Assembly: GCA_026025795.1 (NCBI GenBank)
Contig: JAPEUG010000178.1
Span: 1-33,296, forward strand
Direction of reading: 5' to 3'
Length of the DNA: 33,296 nt
From: Thelocarpon superellum
Taxonomy: Eukaryota
Shown here one piece after another: positions 12,289 to 23,524 of this stretch (position 1 is its first letter; the number at the start of each line of letters is the position of its first letter). The notes under the pieces were generated by a model. The model did not search any database, was not told where the DNA came from, and saw only the letters and a list, made by a program, of their open reading frames with translations. Position numbers and translations under genes: made by a program.

Positions 12289-13944
12289 TATGGCGAACGT
12301 CAAAGCCGCTTCACCGGGACAGGGTGCTGACGATCCCCGGCCCGGTCGCCAGGGACCGGGCGGGCTGGCGAGTGTAGGAATGACGAATCATCCAACTTGG
12401 AACATTCGGTGCTACCAGCGGACACTACTACCACTAGTAGTGTCAGTCTGTGTTCACTCCCGGGCATCCAAACTGGTTACCCTCAGCACCAGATACAAGC
12501 ACTGCTACTGGGTATCGAAGGGACCCTGTTCATCGAGTGGGTACTGGGCTTCCTTTGTCATCCGGGACGTCATTCGTTCAACAGCAGGAGGCGCTTCTCA
12601 TATCACAAAGAATGTCCGCTATTCGATTGTTAATGCGTCGGATACGAGCAGACACACCAGAGTCCACCGACGTTGGTCCTGGGCGCCACGAAATTGGTGG
12701 TCGGGTCAGACACGTAAAGCACAAGAGTACAATTCTGACCAAAGATCAGCCAGCATGATCCCAAGCCACAGCGCTCGGATCGTGATGTTCGCACCCTCTG
12801 ACCTGGCACGCTTGAGGTCGGGTGCATGAGCACGGCACAGGCACCAACATCCCCATTGCCCGGGCCACTCATGTGCCCAGATAATTGTTGGCGGGGGGAA
12901 GGGGGATCCGAAGATCCAGGAACGACGGCGCCAGCACCGGCGCTGCACGGCCTAGGGGTATGAGGATAGGTGCTCGTGCTAATGCTCGCTTCTCTTCTAG
13001 AAGGAGAGAGAAAGCTTCCACGCGCCAACAACGCGGACTGCGGCTGGATCAGCCGCGTGTCGTCGCGTGCGGTCTCATCCTCACACAACCTGATGCTGCT
13101 AGTCTGGTCGATAGGGCGTGGCAGCAGATGGCTCCGCAAAGCTCCAGGCCTCCCGGCTAGGGATCTACAGAGTGGTGTGGCCTTTGTCTGGCAAATGCCC
13201 ATTCACGACCGCGCACACCACGCTTGCCGAGTCTTCTCGGCCTTTACTCGTCCAAGCACGCGGGATTCGCCTTCGCTCACGTTCTGGCTACGAGTGGCAC
13301 GGGCCCGATTGGGCGGCCTGGGCTGGCCTGGGCTGGGATGCTTGCACCCTGCGCCGGGAGAAGCTGGCCTTGCCATTCGGAAGTCTCTCTGGTTCCGGGA
13401 ACTCAAATGGCCTCGCGGAAAACCCCCACCGCGCGCATAAAGAACGTCTGGAAGAGTCTTTTCACCTCCACTCGTTTCAGACGGGGCGCTATTCTGCTGA
13501 CGTTGCCGACCCATGCCAAGTGACGTACGAGTGCCATACCGACCTGGCCATACTCTGACTCCGTGCCGCGAGTAGGGCATGCCGAGCTCCGCGTGTTGAA
13601 CAGGCAACGCCTTCTTAGTTCGACCGCGAGCGAGGCTCTCTAAGAGCTAGTGGCTGAACTGCCAGCGTATCTGTCTGCCTAGTCAGATTAGTGACAGCGA
13701 TTCTGACACGCGAAGAACTCTCTCGCGCGCCCGGAAGATTGGAAAGTCGTGGTCAAGTGTGCCAAGGGATCGAGACCCGTGAGCAGGACTGGTGTGTGCG
13801 GCCCGTGTGCGAGCAGCCTGAGGCCGAACGGTGACGGTAGCTAGCGATCACGACGGCGTCACCTCAGCCAGCCGATGCTCTATCACCAATATCATTTTAG
13901 ACCACCTTCCTCCCTCACTTCCTTTCTCTCAACCTCGATCCATC

Positions 13945-15056
13945 ATGGCCGACCCGAAGTACACCAGTCGGGAACATCGGCTAAGTGCCGCCCAGATCGA
14001 AGTCTTATCTCAGAAAAGCATCCACGCCAAAGGCACCGCATATTGTAAACCGCCCCCACTGGCTCCCTCCACATTGGCGGGCGAGAGGATTGCATTCTCA
14101 CATGTAGATTCATGACCCTGGTCTCTGACCCACTAAATGAGACGGCAGGCCCCTACTCCAACTTCCATGTCGGCGCCGCGTTCTTGACCTCCGACGACGT
14201 CTACGTGACGGGTGCCAATGTCGAAAATGCCAGCTATCCTGTGACCATCTGTGCAGAACGTGTGGCGCTGTCCAAGGCCGTGGTGTGTCTCCTGTCCAGC
14301 TCTCCAAGTCTTCGCATCTCCCAACCCTCTTTGCGTCGGTAAAGCGGGCGGGTGGGGGAGGGAGAGAACCGCCGAGCGATATGGAGGTATTAGTCGAGAG
14401 CTGATGCAAAAGCGGGCCGTGGCGTAGACGGACGGACACCGGAATTTCATAGCCCTAGCCGTGGCGACGGACATCAGCCCGCCTGGTGTGTACCCCACTT
14501 TGGCGGCTCTTTTTTGTTTCCTCTCCCTGCCTGTCCTATCCTGTTCTGTCCTGTCCCGGTCTCCTTAGCTGCGCGATGCTAACATGATGTTTTCTCAAAT
14601 GGTACAGCGTCGCCTTGTGGGATGTGCAGACAATTGTGAGTCCCCGTCGCCGCCTGACCTTCTCGATTATTTTATTTCGCGCAATAAATCGCGATTTCCG
14701 ATCTCCCGCTTTCCGAATGCCAAAATCTCCCCTACCCCGGTCAGAACTTGACAAGTAACGACCTCCACCCTGTTCTACTAGCATCCGCGAATTCTGTCCC
14801 CCGTCCATGCCTATCTTCATGCATGATAAAGAGGGTAATTCTATCGTTCGCACGCTTGAAGAGGTTGGTGGCTCTCTCTCCTGATCTCTTGGTTCACCGT
14901 CTGACGTGCGACTCGCACTTCTAGCTCCTGCCTATGTCCTTTGGACCTGAGGCGTTACTTCCGACGCTTGCCTCCGCAGCTCCTGTCGTGGTGCCTGCCG
15001 CGGAATCGGGGGGGCTGGTCGATGCTGTCATCTCAACTACAAAGGGAGGCACTTGA
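13945..15056 (+). CDS. CDD1: Cytidine deaminase (homotetrameric type), ~177 aa, 6 exons
   Basis: Exons 13945-14044, 14149-14282, 14428-14485, 14608-14635, 14782-14863, 14925-15056, all GT-AG and summing to 534 nt. The spliced protein has [22 protein letters not shown], the Zn/catalytic [16 protein letters not shown] and LLPMSFGP. Confidence 0.95.
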
Positions 15057-15404
15057 CGGCGTGATTGTCAAAGAGATGCGTGGGCCGTGAGGGCGATAGA
15101 TATTCGTACATCTGCCCAGGTCTAATCGACGTGAATACTTGTATGGTGGTGCTAGAGTCTTGTGATGATGGTTATGATGACACTGTTTTCCACACGTTCC
15201 TTCTACCACCCTCGCTCCGATGTGGATCCAAGATTGTTGATGGCGGTAACCCGAAGCCAGATGACCCGATACCCGGATGCGGAGACCATGATTGCGCTAA
15301 AAATATCGAACGAATGGCTTCACGCTCCTCGAAGCCAGATGCGAACCCAGGGACAAAGACAGACACCAAAAACACAGGAAGAGAGGCGGTATATACGTGC
15401 CGTT

Positions 15405-18400
15405 TTACACTTCCTCGTCGCTGTCCTCGCCCAATAGTTCGCCCTCGTCGTTCTCCACCGAGGCATAGGCGCCACGATCGCGCGCGAAGCTGCTGCGCGT
15501 CGTGTAGCGGCCGACGCCCGTGCCAACCGAGCTGTAGCCGCCGAAGCGCGCACGGAGCGTGCGATACAGCCGGCCCATCACGTCGGGTACAGCGGCCAGG
15601 ACGGCGACGACGACGGCGACGGCCATGACGGGATACTGGATCCAGGGGCTGCCGGCGTCGAAGACGCTGCCGCCTTGCTCGCCAAGGCGGATTCGCCCGA
15701 ACTTGCCATCCCAGTTGCGCCACACCCAGTAGCCCACCCCGGCCGCCGCTGCGAGCGGGATGACGATGGCGAAGAAGAGGCCGGCCCCGCTCACGCCGTG
15801 CTTCTCCTCGAACTCCTCCTCATGACCTGGGCATGGATGCGCCTTGTCCTCGAGATATTCCAACTCGTGGCCGCCACTGCACGTCGAGAGAGGGACACGC
15901 CGGTATCCCGTCGGTTCGTACCACTGTACCACGCTGCTGTCGGTCTCGCAGATCTCAGAGTGATTCTGTGGCGTCCTGCCCGGCACCAGGCCACAAGACC
16001 CGTCCGTTTGGCGCACGAAGTTGTAATCACTGGATCGTACCCCGTCAGCTTCCAGCCCCTGCACCTCGGACCTGGGACGAGGGGAGAAGGGACACACCAT
16101 TCGAAATCTTGCCGGGTGCACGAGCAGTTGCGCGCGATCGAATGCAGCGACTCGATCTTCCGCCCGTTGTAGCAGTTGGCCTCGGGTTTCTTGCGGTGAT
16201 ATTGGGCGACGTGCCCAAAGATACACTTGTCCTCGTACGCGGGATGCTGGGGCTCCCACAGATAGTAATCCCCGGCCTCGGGATCACTCTCGTCGAGCTT
16301 GCACTGCACGTCGGTGATGCCGCGAAAGTCCAAGTTGACGGTGGCGATCTTAGTGGCCTCGTCGCGGTTCTTGCCCCACAGCAGGAAATTCCGCGAATTG
16401 TCCGTGGGCACGGTGGTGATGCGGTCCACGACAAACTTGGCGCCGTCGCTGAACTCATACGTCGCCCAGGTCCGGCCCTGATCGAGGGAGTATTCCACCG
16501 ACGTCGTCGGGATGGAGGCCACGACGAGCACGATGATGCTGCCCTGGTCGCCGTACTCCCATAGATAGTTGCCCTTCTTGACGCACGACCAGCTGATACC
16601 GTCGTCACGCGAGAGGAAGGTGTCGGCCTCGTCTTTGGAGGTCAGGTAGGGACCCACGTTGCCGGTACCGATCATCATGCCCACGGCGGAGGGCGATGAA
16701 TAGGTATCGCGCGTGTCATCTCGTTCGGTGTAGCCGTGGAGGTGGAGTGAGCACTCCTCCGCCGGCCCGCTGCACGCATAGGGCTCGCCGTCGGCGTTCG
16801 CTGCGGGCGGGGGCAGGTAGCTCCACTCCGCACCGTCGTTGTGGGTGATCATCGTCTTCAGCTGCTTCGCCCGGCTGTCATCGACCTCCCGCAGGTTGTC
16901 GATGACATTGGCGAGGGCGACGCCCTCAAGCCCGGCCATCTTCTCAAAGTCGACGAATCCCTCGCTGTTTCGATTGACGCCGTCGATGCTGAGGACGTAC
17001 GAGGTGCCGTTGGAGTTGCTCTTGATGAGCGCGCCGTACTCGGCATCACGCTCGGAGCTAACGGTGACGTGCAGGAAGACGGAATGGGTGGAGCTGTCGA
17101 GCACGGTGTAAGCCTGCTGGTGCTCTGGCGCCTCGAAGTCGGGTGGGAAGCGGGCGTCGGCAAAGGTATGACCGTCGATGCTCGCGGCGGCCTTCAGCGA
17201 CTGCTTCTCCGTGTCACGCGCGGCGACGATGATGAATTCCGACATGGTAGCGAAGTCGACGATGTTGGTGAAAGGGACGTCCTGCTCCTGGAAGAAGTCG
17301 TCGCTGGCGACCAGCTGTAAGGGATTCTTGAGGTCCTCGCCCTGGTACTGCTCGCAGTAGATGAGGCGCTCGCGACGTTCCCTGTCCTCCTTGGACGTGC
17401 TTCGGCCGCGAGCCTGCTCGTGGATGAACTGGCACTTGCCGACGTAGCGCAGCAGCACGCTCCATGAGTCGCCTCGATCCGTGGAATAATAGGCGACGGC
17501 GTGGCAGTCCGCGCCTGAGCCCTCACAGTCTTTGGCCCCGATCCAGAGCAGCCAATCCTTCTTCTCGGAATGGAAATGGAGCGCGGGGAGGTGCCTGGTG
17601 GTGGGCGGCTGGGGCGCCTCGAATCGGTGGATCTTCTCCCCGCGGTTCATGCTGTAGTAGACGGTCGTGGTGTTAGTGGTGAAGAAGACGACGTCGTTGA
17701 AGAACTCATGGCGATAGATGCCCGTGATCTCGGCGTCGCCCTTGTCATCCGCGTGAGCCTTCATGGACATCTCGGTCCAGGCCTTGCCGTGGTCGTGGGT
17801 AATGTAGATCTCCTTCGTATCGGTGCGCATGATGATGGTCTCGTCCTCGCCTGAGCTGGTCTCGGTGCGCTCGAGATAGTGGAACTCGCGGAACCGGTGG
17901 GCGTCGAAGTAGGTGATGGTGTTCTCGATGTTGCCGCTGGCCGGCGGTTTCATCGAATCCTTGCACGGGCGCTGAACCAGATCGTCCTTCTGGGGGCCAC
18001 TGCCGCGCTCGCAGTCGTTTCCGGGAATCAGGCGGTAGCCGGAGCTGCCCATGAAGGTATCCTCGGGATCTTGACACTCGCCCTCCGGCACGATGAGGGC
18101 GCCGGCGGGGATGCAATTGTGATCTTTGTCGCGCACAAAGTTGAAGTCGCACTCGAAGTCGGGGTCGGCGCAGTCACAAGGCTCAAATTGCGGTTGCGGG
18201 TCCTTGAACTCCTCGTCGATGAAGCAGTCGGCTGTCGCCTTGCGGCGGCGGTAGGACTGCTTGTGGCCCATCAGACAACCGGGCTGACCGTCGTCGCCAA
18301 CCTTAGCATGCCATTGCTCAAAGTCGCCGTCGCCGCACTTGCGCTCGTGGAGATCCTCAAAGTTGATGGAGAAGACGAAGTGGTCCATCCCGTCGTCAGT

Positions 18401-19990
18401 TTCCTTGGAGCCGATGAGCAAAAACTTGAGGCTGGTGGAATCGGCCGTGGTGGTCAGGATGTGGGCGGTGACCTTCTCGCCGAGATCGGCCGAGGTCCAC
18501 TCATGACCATGATCGATGGAGTAGATGATCTTGTTGGTGGCGCCCTCGTCATAGACGGCCACCAGGACGGATCCTTGATCGCCGAACTCATACTTGTGCG
18601 CGTCGTCGCGGCCCTTCCACCACGTCACGCCGGCATCGTCGGAAACATAGAGGTTCCCCTTGTCGTATTCCTTGAGATAACCGCCGGTGTTGCCGACGCC
18701 CATGACGATGCCGGGGGCGGGGCTGGTGAAGATGCGGCCGGCGTTGTGTAGGTTGGTGACGGAGTGCAGATGCAGCGCGTCGCCGCTGGTGGTGCGCAGA
18801 TCTTGGAAGGTGCGGCCATCGTCGAAGCTGATCTTGCTCCCCACCTCCTTGGCGCGATAGTCATTGGCCTCGACGTACTCCCAGTTGGCGACGGTGTTGA
18901 CGAGGACGATGCCCTGGATGCCCTGCACCTTCTCGAAATCGACCAAGCCAAAGCGATTGCGGTTGGTGTGCTCGATGTTCTTGGTGAAGTAGGTACCGTT
19001 GGAGTTGCTGGTGTAGAGGATGCCCATGGCGCTCGAGGGCTTGGTATTCATGACGTCGACCTGAATGCTGTAGTTGGTGGATTCCAGCACGGTGTAGGCA
19101 TCTTCCTCGACCTTGTTGCCCGCGAACTCGGCCTGGTGCCAGGTCTTGGTGTCGTCGGTGACGTAGAGGGCCATCTCGTCGGTGCCCTGGGCCTTGGCCG
19201 CGATGACGATGAACTTCTTGACGTTGGCCATGTTGATGATGCCCTTGACGGTGCGGCCTGGGGTCAGCTCGGGTTCGACCTCGTCGGCGAAGAAGTTGTC
19301 CGAGTAGACGATGCGCGTGTCCTTGGGCCAGGGCGAGTAGGTGCCGCGGACGATGCAGATGATGCGATTCAGGTCGAGGTCGGTTTCGCCGGTGGTGAAG
19401 AGGTCGTTGGAGCGGGCAAAGGTGCAGCCGCGGCTGCCGGAGCGGAGGACCTTGGGGTTGGTGCGGAAGCCATCGTCGGAGTACATGGCCACCTCTTCGC
19501 ACTCGAAGAAGCTCTTGCATGCCTCGGCCTGGAAGATGATGCGGTCGACGTCGCCGGCATTGAAGATCAAGGGCTCCCGCCACGGACTCGGGGAGGCGGC
19601 GGTCTCGAAGATGTCCCAGCTCTGGCCGCGGTCTTTGGTATACCAATGTTCGTGGCCGGCGGACAGGACGTAGGCACGCTGGTTGTCGTAGGGATGCTGC
19701 CAGATGGAGCGAGCTTTGCCCTCGGGAATGCCGCTGACGGGGATCCAGTTCTCGCCGGCGTCGCTGGAGCGCAGGACGTTGCCCGTCAGCCGCTCCTGGA
19801 GCAGGATGACGTCGGAGTCGTCGAAGTAGAAGAGGCCGGCGGGCAGGTGGGCGATCTTGGTCATGCTAATCTTGGGCCCAGACTCCTTGGCGTGGGCCCA
19901 ATGAGCGCATGCCGTGAGCGCCAGCCAGCTGGTGAGCAGCAGCCGGCGGAGCGACGGCATGGAGCTGGGGGCATACGCCCGGGGCGTCAT
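15405..19990 (-). CDS. VPS10: Vacuolar protein sorting receptor Vps10/Pep1, ~1500 aa, 2 exons
   Basis: Exons 19990-16098 and 16029-15405, intron 16097-16030 (68 nt, GTGTGT..GCTGAC..CAG). Signal peptide, two Vps10 beta-propeller domains with Asp-boxes (SDDAGVTW, STDRGDSW), two Cys-rich modules (DFECDFNF/DFECDYNF, GYRLIPGNDC/GYRRVPLSTC), a TM helix, and a cytosolic tail with FGRIRLG, YASV and DEGELL. The start may be the second ATG at 19960. Confidence 0.97.
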
Positions 19991-21089
19991 CGTTGCGACT
20001 TGCGGAGTGAAGGTGGCGCGGACATCTAAAAGGAGGCTAGTCGGTCGAGGGCAGAGAGGAAGGGCCCTTGGGAGGCCAGGGGAGGGGCGCCGACGACGGG
20101 GGCGCGAGAGATGACGATGGTCTGCAGCGTGGTTCGTCGGTAAGGGGGGGTTCTCCGCAGGGGATGGCGAGCTGGTGAGAGCTGAGCCGAGTCGCGCTCG
20201 AGTCGATGGTACCGGTCAACCGTGAGCAGCGGAGGGAGAGCTGGAAGGGACAGAAGGCGAATGGTTGGGTGGAGGGGTTGGAGGGACTGGTGATGGCGTC
20301 GATATTCCGGTTGCGTGGCCTCGACCAAGCGATGCGTGATTGACGCGCGCTGATTGGACTGTCACAGCTGGGACGCAATGGGAGAATCGTGAAATTTCGT
20401 GTCTATCCTTGCCTCCGGCATATTGCTAGGTAGCGATATATGGTCACTACTCGGACTTCCTACGTTACCGCTGCTTACCGTACACTTTCCGGCTTGCCCG
20501 TGCGGCGGCCTACCGAAGCGTGACGCTGGTGCTAAGGGAGCAACGGTACGTCGTACTACGATAATTCTACAACTAGTAGTACGTACCTGCCGAGGCAGGC
20601 AGGCACGAGTACGAGCACGCTGTGCTCCTACCGGATGATTACTCGTACCCATCCGCCTCCTGCTCAAGCGTCTAACTGGGGGGCCTGAAGTTGTAGCAGC
20701 TTCGAAACAGGTTACGGGTCACACGAGCGGCGAGCATACTACTTCTATCAGTGGTGCAATGCTCCGTCTCTCGCCCATGCACGTGCCAGAATTTGGTGAT
20801 TGAAGACCCAGAGACGAGCTCTCGACCTACGTAATGTAACGTCGCGTGGGTACAAGTCTTCGGTGAGCCTCGTGGGGAATTGCTGTCGTTCGGAAGATAT
20901 GGAGAGGTGGATGTAGTTAGCGAGCTGTCTAACTGGAACCATGCGCCGTTTCTATCTAAAGATACCATCTTAGTCTATGAGAGACGGCACTGGCCTACGC
21001 GTCATGACTTCATCCAACCCCGGCTGGCGATCGGCCTCACCAACGCTTCATGGCTTCCCCAAGTTTCAGCCAGGGCTCCAAATGTTAGG

Positions 21090-22154
21090 TCACGGTAAAT
21101 ATTGATCGCAGTAGCTGCGAAGCGTCTCATAAATGGCAAAGATAAAGGCCGAGGAGGGCCCGGACCGCAGCATCGTGATGCCGCAGCCCTGGTACAATCC
21201 CCGGAGACCTTGCTGCCGCCAGAGCGCCCCGCCCACCTCCGCGAAACCCCGCTGCTTGCCCGCCACCTGCCCGAGCTCCTCCGTCTGCATCCGCGACTTG
21301 ATCGTATCGGCGGGGAAAAAGAGGAAGTTGTAGCTCACGCCGGCCACGGCCCCGGCGAACATTTGCTGGGAGACGGAGAGACTTACGCGTCGCTTCCCGG
21401 TCTCCGGTGGCGGGGAGAGGGTGCGGAGCAGTATCGACATGCCTTCGTACGTGCCGAACCACGCTGCTGACCCGCCCGTTTCACGAATCAGCGTCCCCAC
21501 TTGCCCACGCCAGAAGCCGAGCAGCCCATGATGCCGGTACACCGACGCCATGACGGCTAGCGGGCCCGGCGCACGAACGCTCGACGACGACGAGATCCAG
21601 GGGATCTGCATCTGGCACTTGACCAGCTCAATTGGTGTCAGGGCAAGCGACGTGAAGGCCCCCGACGCCGCCCCGCACACGATCAAAGCCGAGAGCGGGA
21701 GCGGCGTCGACGGCGGATAGAAACGTGACGCAAGCAGGTTCTGCGCGATCCGATACTGAACAAGTTTAGCTGCCAAGTTCGTGGTCATCGATGTAGAGGA
21801 CGTACGCTGAAGAATAAACTGCTGGTCTCGATGGCCGCCCCCAGAAGTGGGGCACTAATACCACGGTACAAGCCCAAGACGCCATCCTGCCGGAGTGACT
21901 GTCGAAAGCAGTCGAGCGGTCCCTGGTAGCGCAGCGCAACGCCCTCAGGCTGGGACTGGAGTCGCACTTTGACGGTGTCGAAGGGATATTCGATGACCTT
22001 GCCCACAAGCCCCGCCACCTCCAACACGTCAGTTTCTTGTAGGTGAGCCGCGGCGGGACGTACTCACCGATCCACAGCCAATATCTTTGACTGCGCCGAG
22101 CGTTCTGTTCGCCCGAGACAGGCTCGTCGGAGCCAGTGCCTCTTCTGACTCCAT
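21090..22154 (-). CDS. ORT1: Mitochondrial carrier, ornithine/amino-acid transporter (Ort1/Arg-13-like), ~321 aa, 3 exons
   Basis: Exons 22154-22068, 22018-21806, 21755-21090. Introns 22067-22019 (49 nt) and 21805-21756 (50 nt). Three PX[DE]XX[KR] carrier motifs ([30 protein letters not shown]), and [15 protein letters not shown] is typical of the ornithine carrier clade. Confidence 0.9.
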
Positions 22155-22537
22155 CACCAGCGTCGGACCAGGCCTCGAACGGCCGGAACACGACGACAGG
22201 TTATCGCGGCAGCATGACGTAGGGCTCACCGTACGCAACGCAGATCGACGGCCACAGCGGTAGTCCCGTGGCGCGTCCGACCTGAAGCTCTTTTGTGCGT
22301 TTGAAGCAAGTCGGTCGAGAAACGCGGGGAGGAATCGAAATGGTTGAGGTGGTCAAGCTAACGCTATTTATGGCCACAACCGCCACTCTCCTCACCAACT
22401 GCGAATCGAGCAAACTGTATTTGCCCCGCCTTGAGATATCTCCGTCCTAAGATATCTCTGCCCTCACCGCATGTGTCTTGTGTCCCCACATCGTGTTCCG
22501 TCTTTCCTCGCTCGGTACGGAGGAGTCTGTATCAAGC
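22155..22537. promoter_or_regulatory. Compact divergent (probably bidirectional) promoter between ORT1 and CGR1
   Basis: Only 383 nt separate the two head-to-head start codons, and a TATTTAT element lies near 22364. Confidence 0.5.
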
Positions 22538-23027
22538 ATGTCGTCTGACGCGGCTACGACTACGTCCGCGCCACCCACATCTTCTCTCCACGCGGCGGGA
22601 GTCCGAAAGAATGGTGCGCACCTCCACACCAAGGTGCTACAGGACAAGGCGATTATGCTTAGTGCTAATGAAGCCTCACGCAGGGAAACAATGGCATACT
22701 CCGAAGAGCGCTTTCCGACCGACTGCCGGATTGACATCCTGGGCGGAGAGGTCGGAGGCGAGAAAGGCGCAAAGCGCGGTCAAGGCACGAGAACAGGAGA
22801 TGAAGGCGGAAAAGGAGGCGGAGCGACAGGTATGCAACGCCAATCATGAACACGACAATGGCTGCTTAAAGGATGCGATCGAACAGAGACGGATCCAAAC
22901 CATCAAGGATAAGCGGTCAACCAAGGAGGAAAAGCAGCGATACGAGAAGCTAGCGGAGAAGATGCACAAGAAGCGGGTGGAACGGTTGAAGCGGAAGGAA
23001 AAGAGGAATAAGCTCCTCAATGCCTGA
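22538..23027 (+). CDS. CGR1: rRNA-processing protein Cgr1, ~120 aa, 3 exons
   Basis: Exons 22538-22613, 22684-22829, 22887-23027, introns of 70 and 57 nt. Motifs [23 protein letters not shown] and [22 protein letters not shown] are diagnostic. Confidence 0.95.
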
Positions 23028-23524
23028 TCGCTCGGCCACGTAGATGATAGGGATACGATCATAGCATTCGCAGCACCGTACATCGGTGTTCGGGAGTACT
23101 TAGCAGCATGGTGGTACGGAGGAATATATACGAGGTCGGCGATGGATTGTCCGTGGCATTTACCTCGTGTACTCGGATAGTACGAAGTACATACGAAGTT
23201 CATAGCATAGCTACACCTCGTCACGCTGCTGTAATTTAATGAATCGAACGCCGTTGACATCCGACGCCATGCCACCACTGCTCCTATCCAAGAACCTCCT
23301 GTAGGGTATGATGCATGGGGGAGGGTCCCCCGGTCGCCAAGCAAGAATCTGAATGGCAGAGGAGCGGCCGACGCAAATCATCTCGCTTCACATGTCAGAA
23401 GGCTTCCTCCTGCCGGCCCGCCCTTTCCCCGGACGACGCCACGTTAACGTGAGCTCCTCCAGCCTTGGCAGGCCGATCACAAGATCGAGAGTGTGGAGAA
23501 GCACCTCCCTGGCCCACACCAGGG

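Noticed and set aside
11100..13900. ORFs up to 190 aa in the divergent intergenic region (e.g. 12275..12829)
   Set aside because: No recognisable domain, codon bias or consistent exon chain, so they are not supportable as genes.
15833..20029. Long antisense and alternative-frame ORFs over VPS10 (421, 290, 261, 243 aa)
   Set aside because: These are an expected by-product of strong C/G third-position bias, which removes stops from the other frames.
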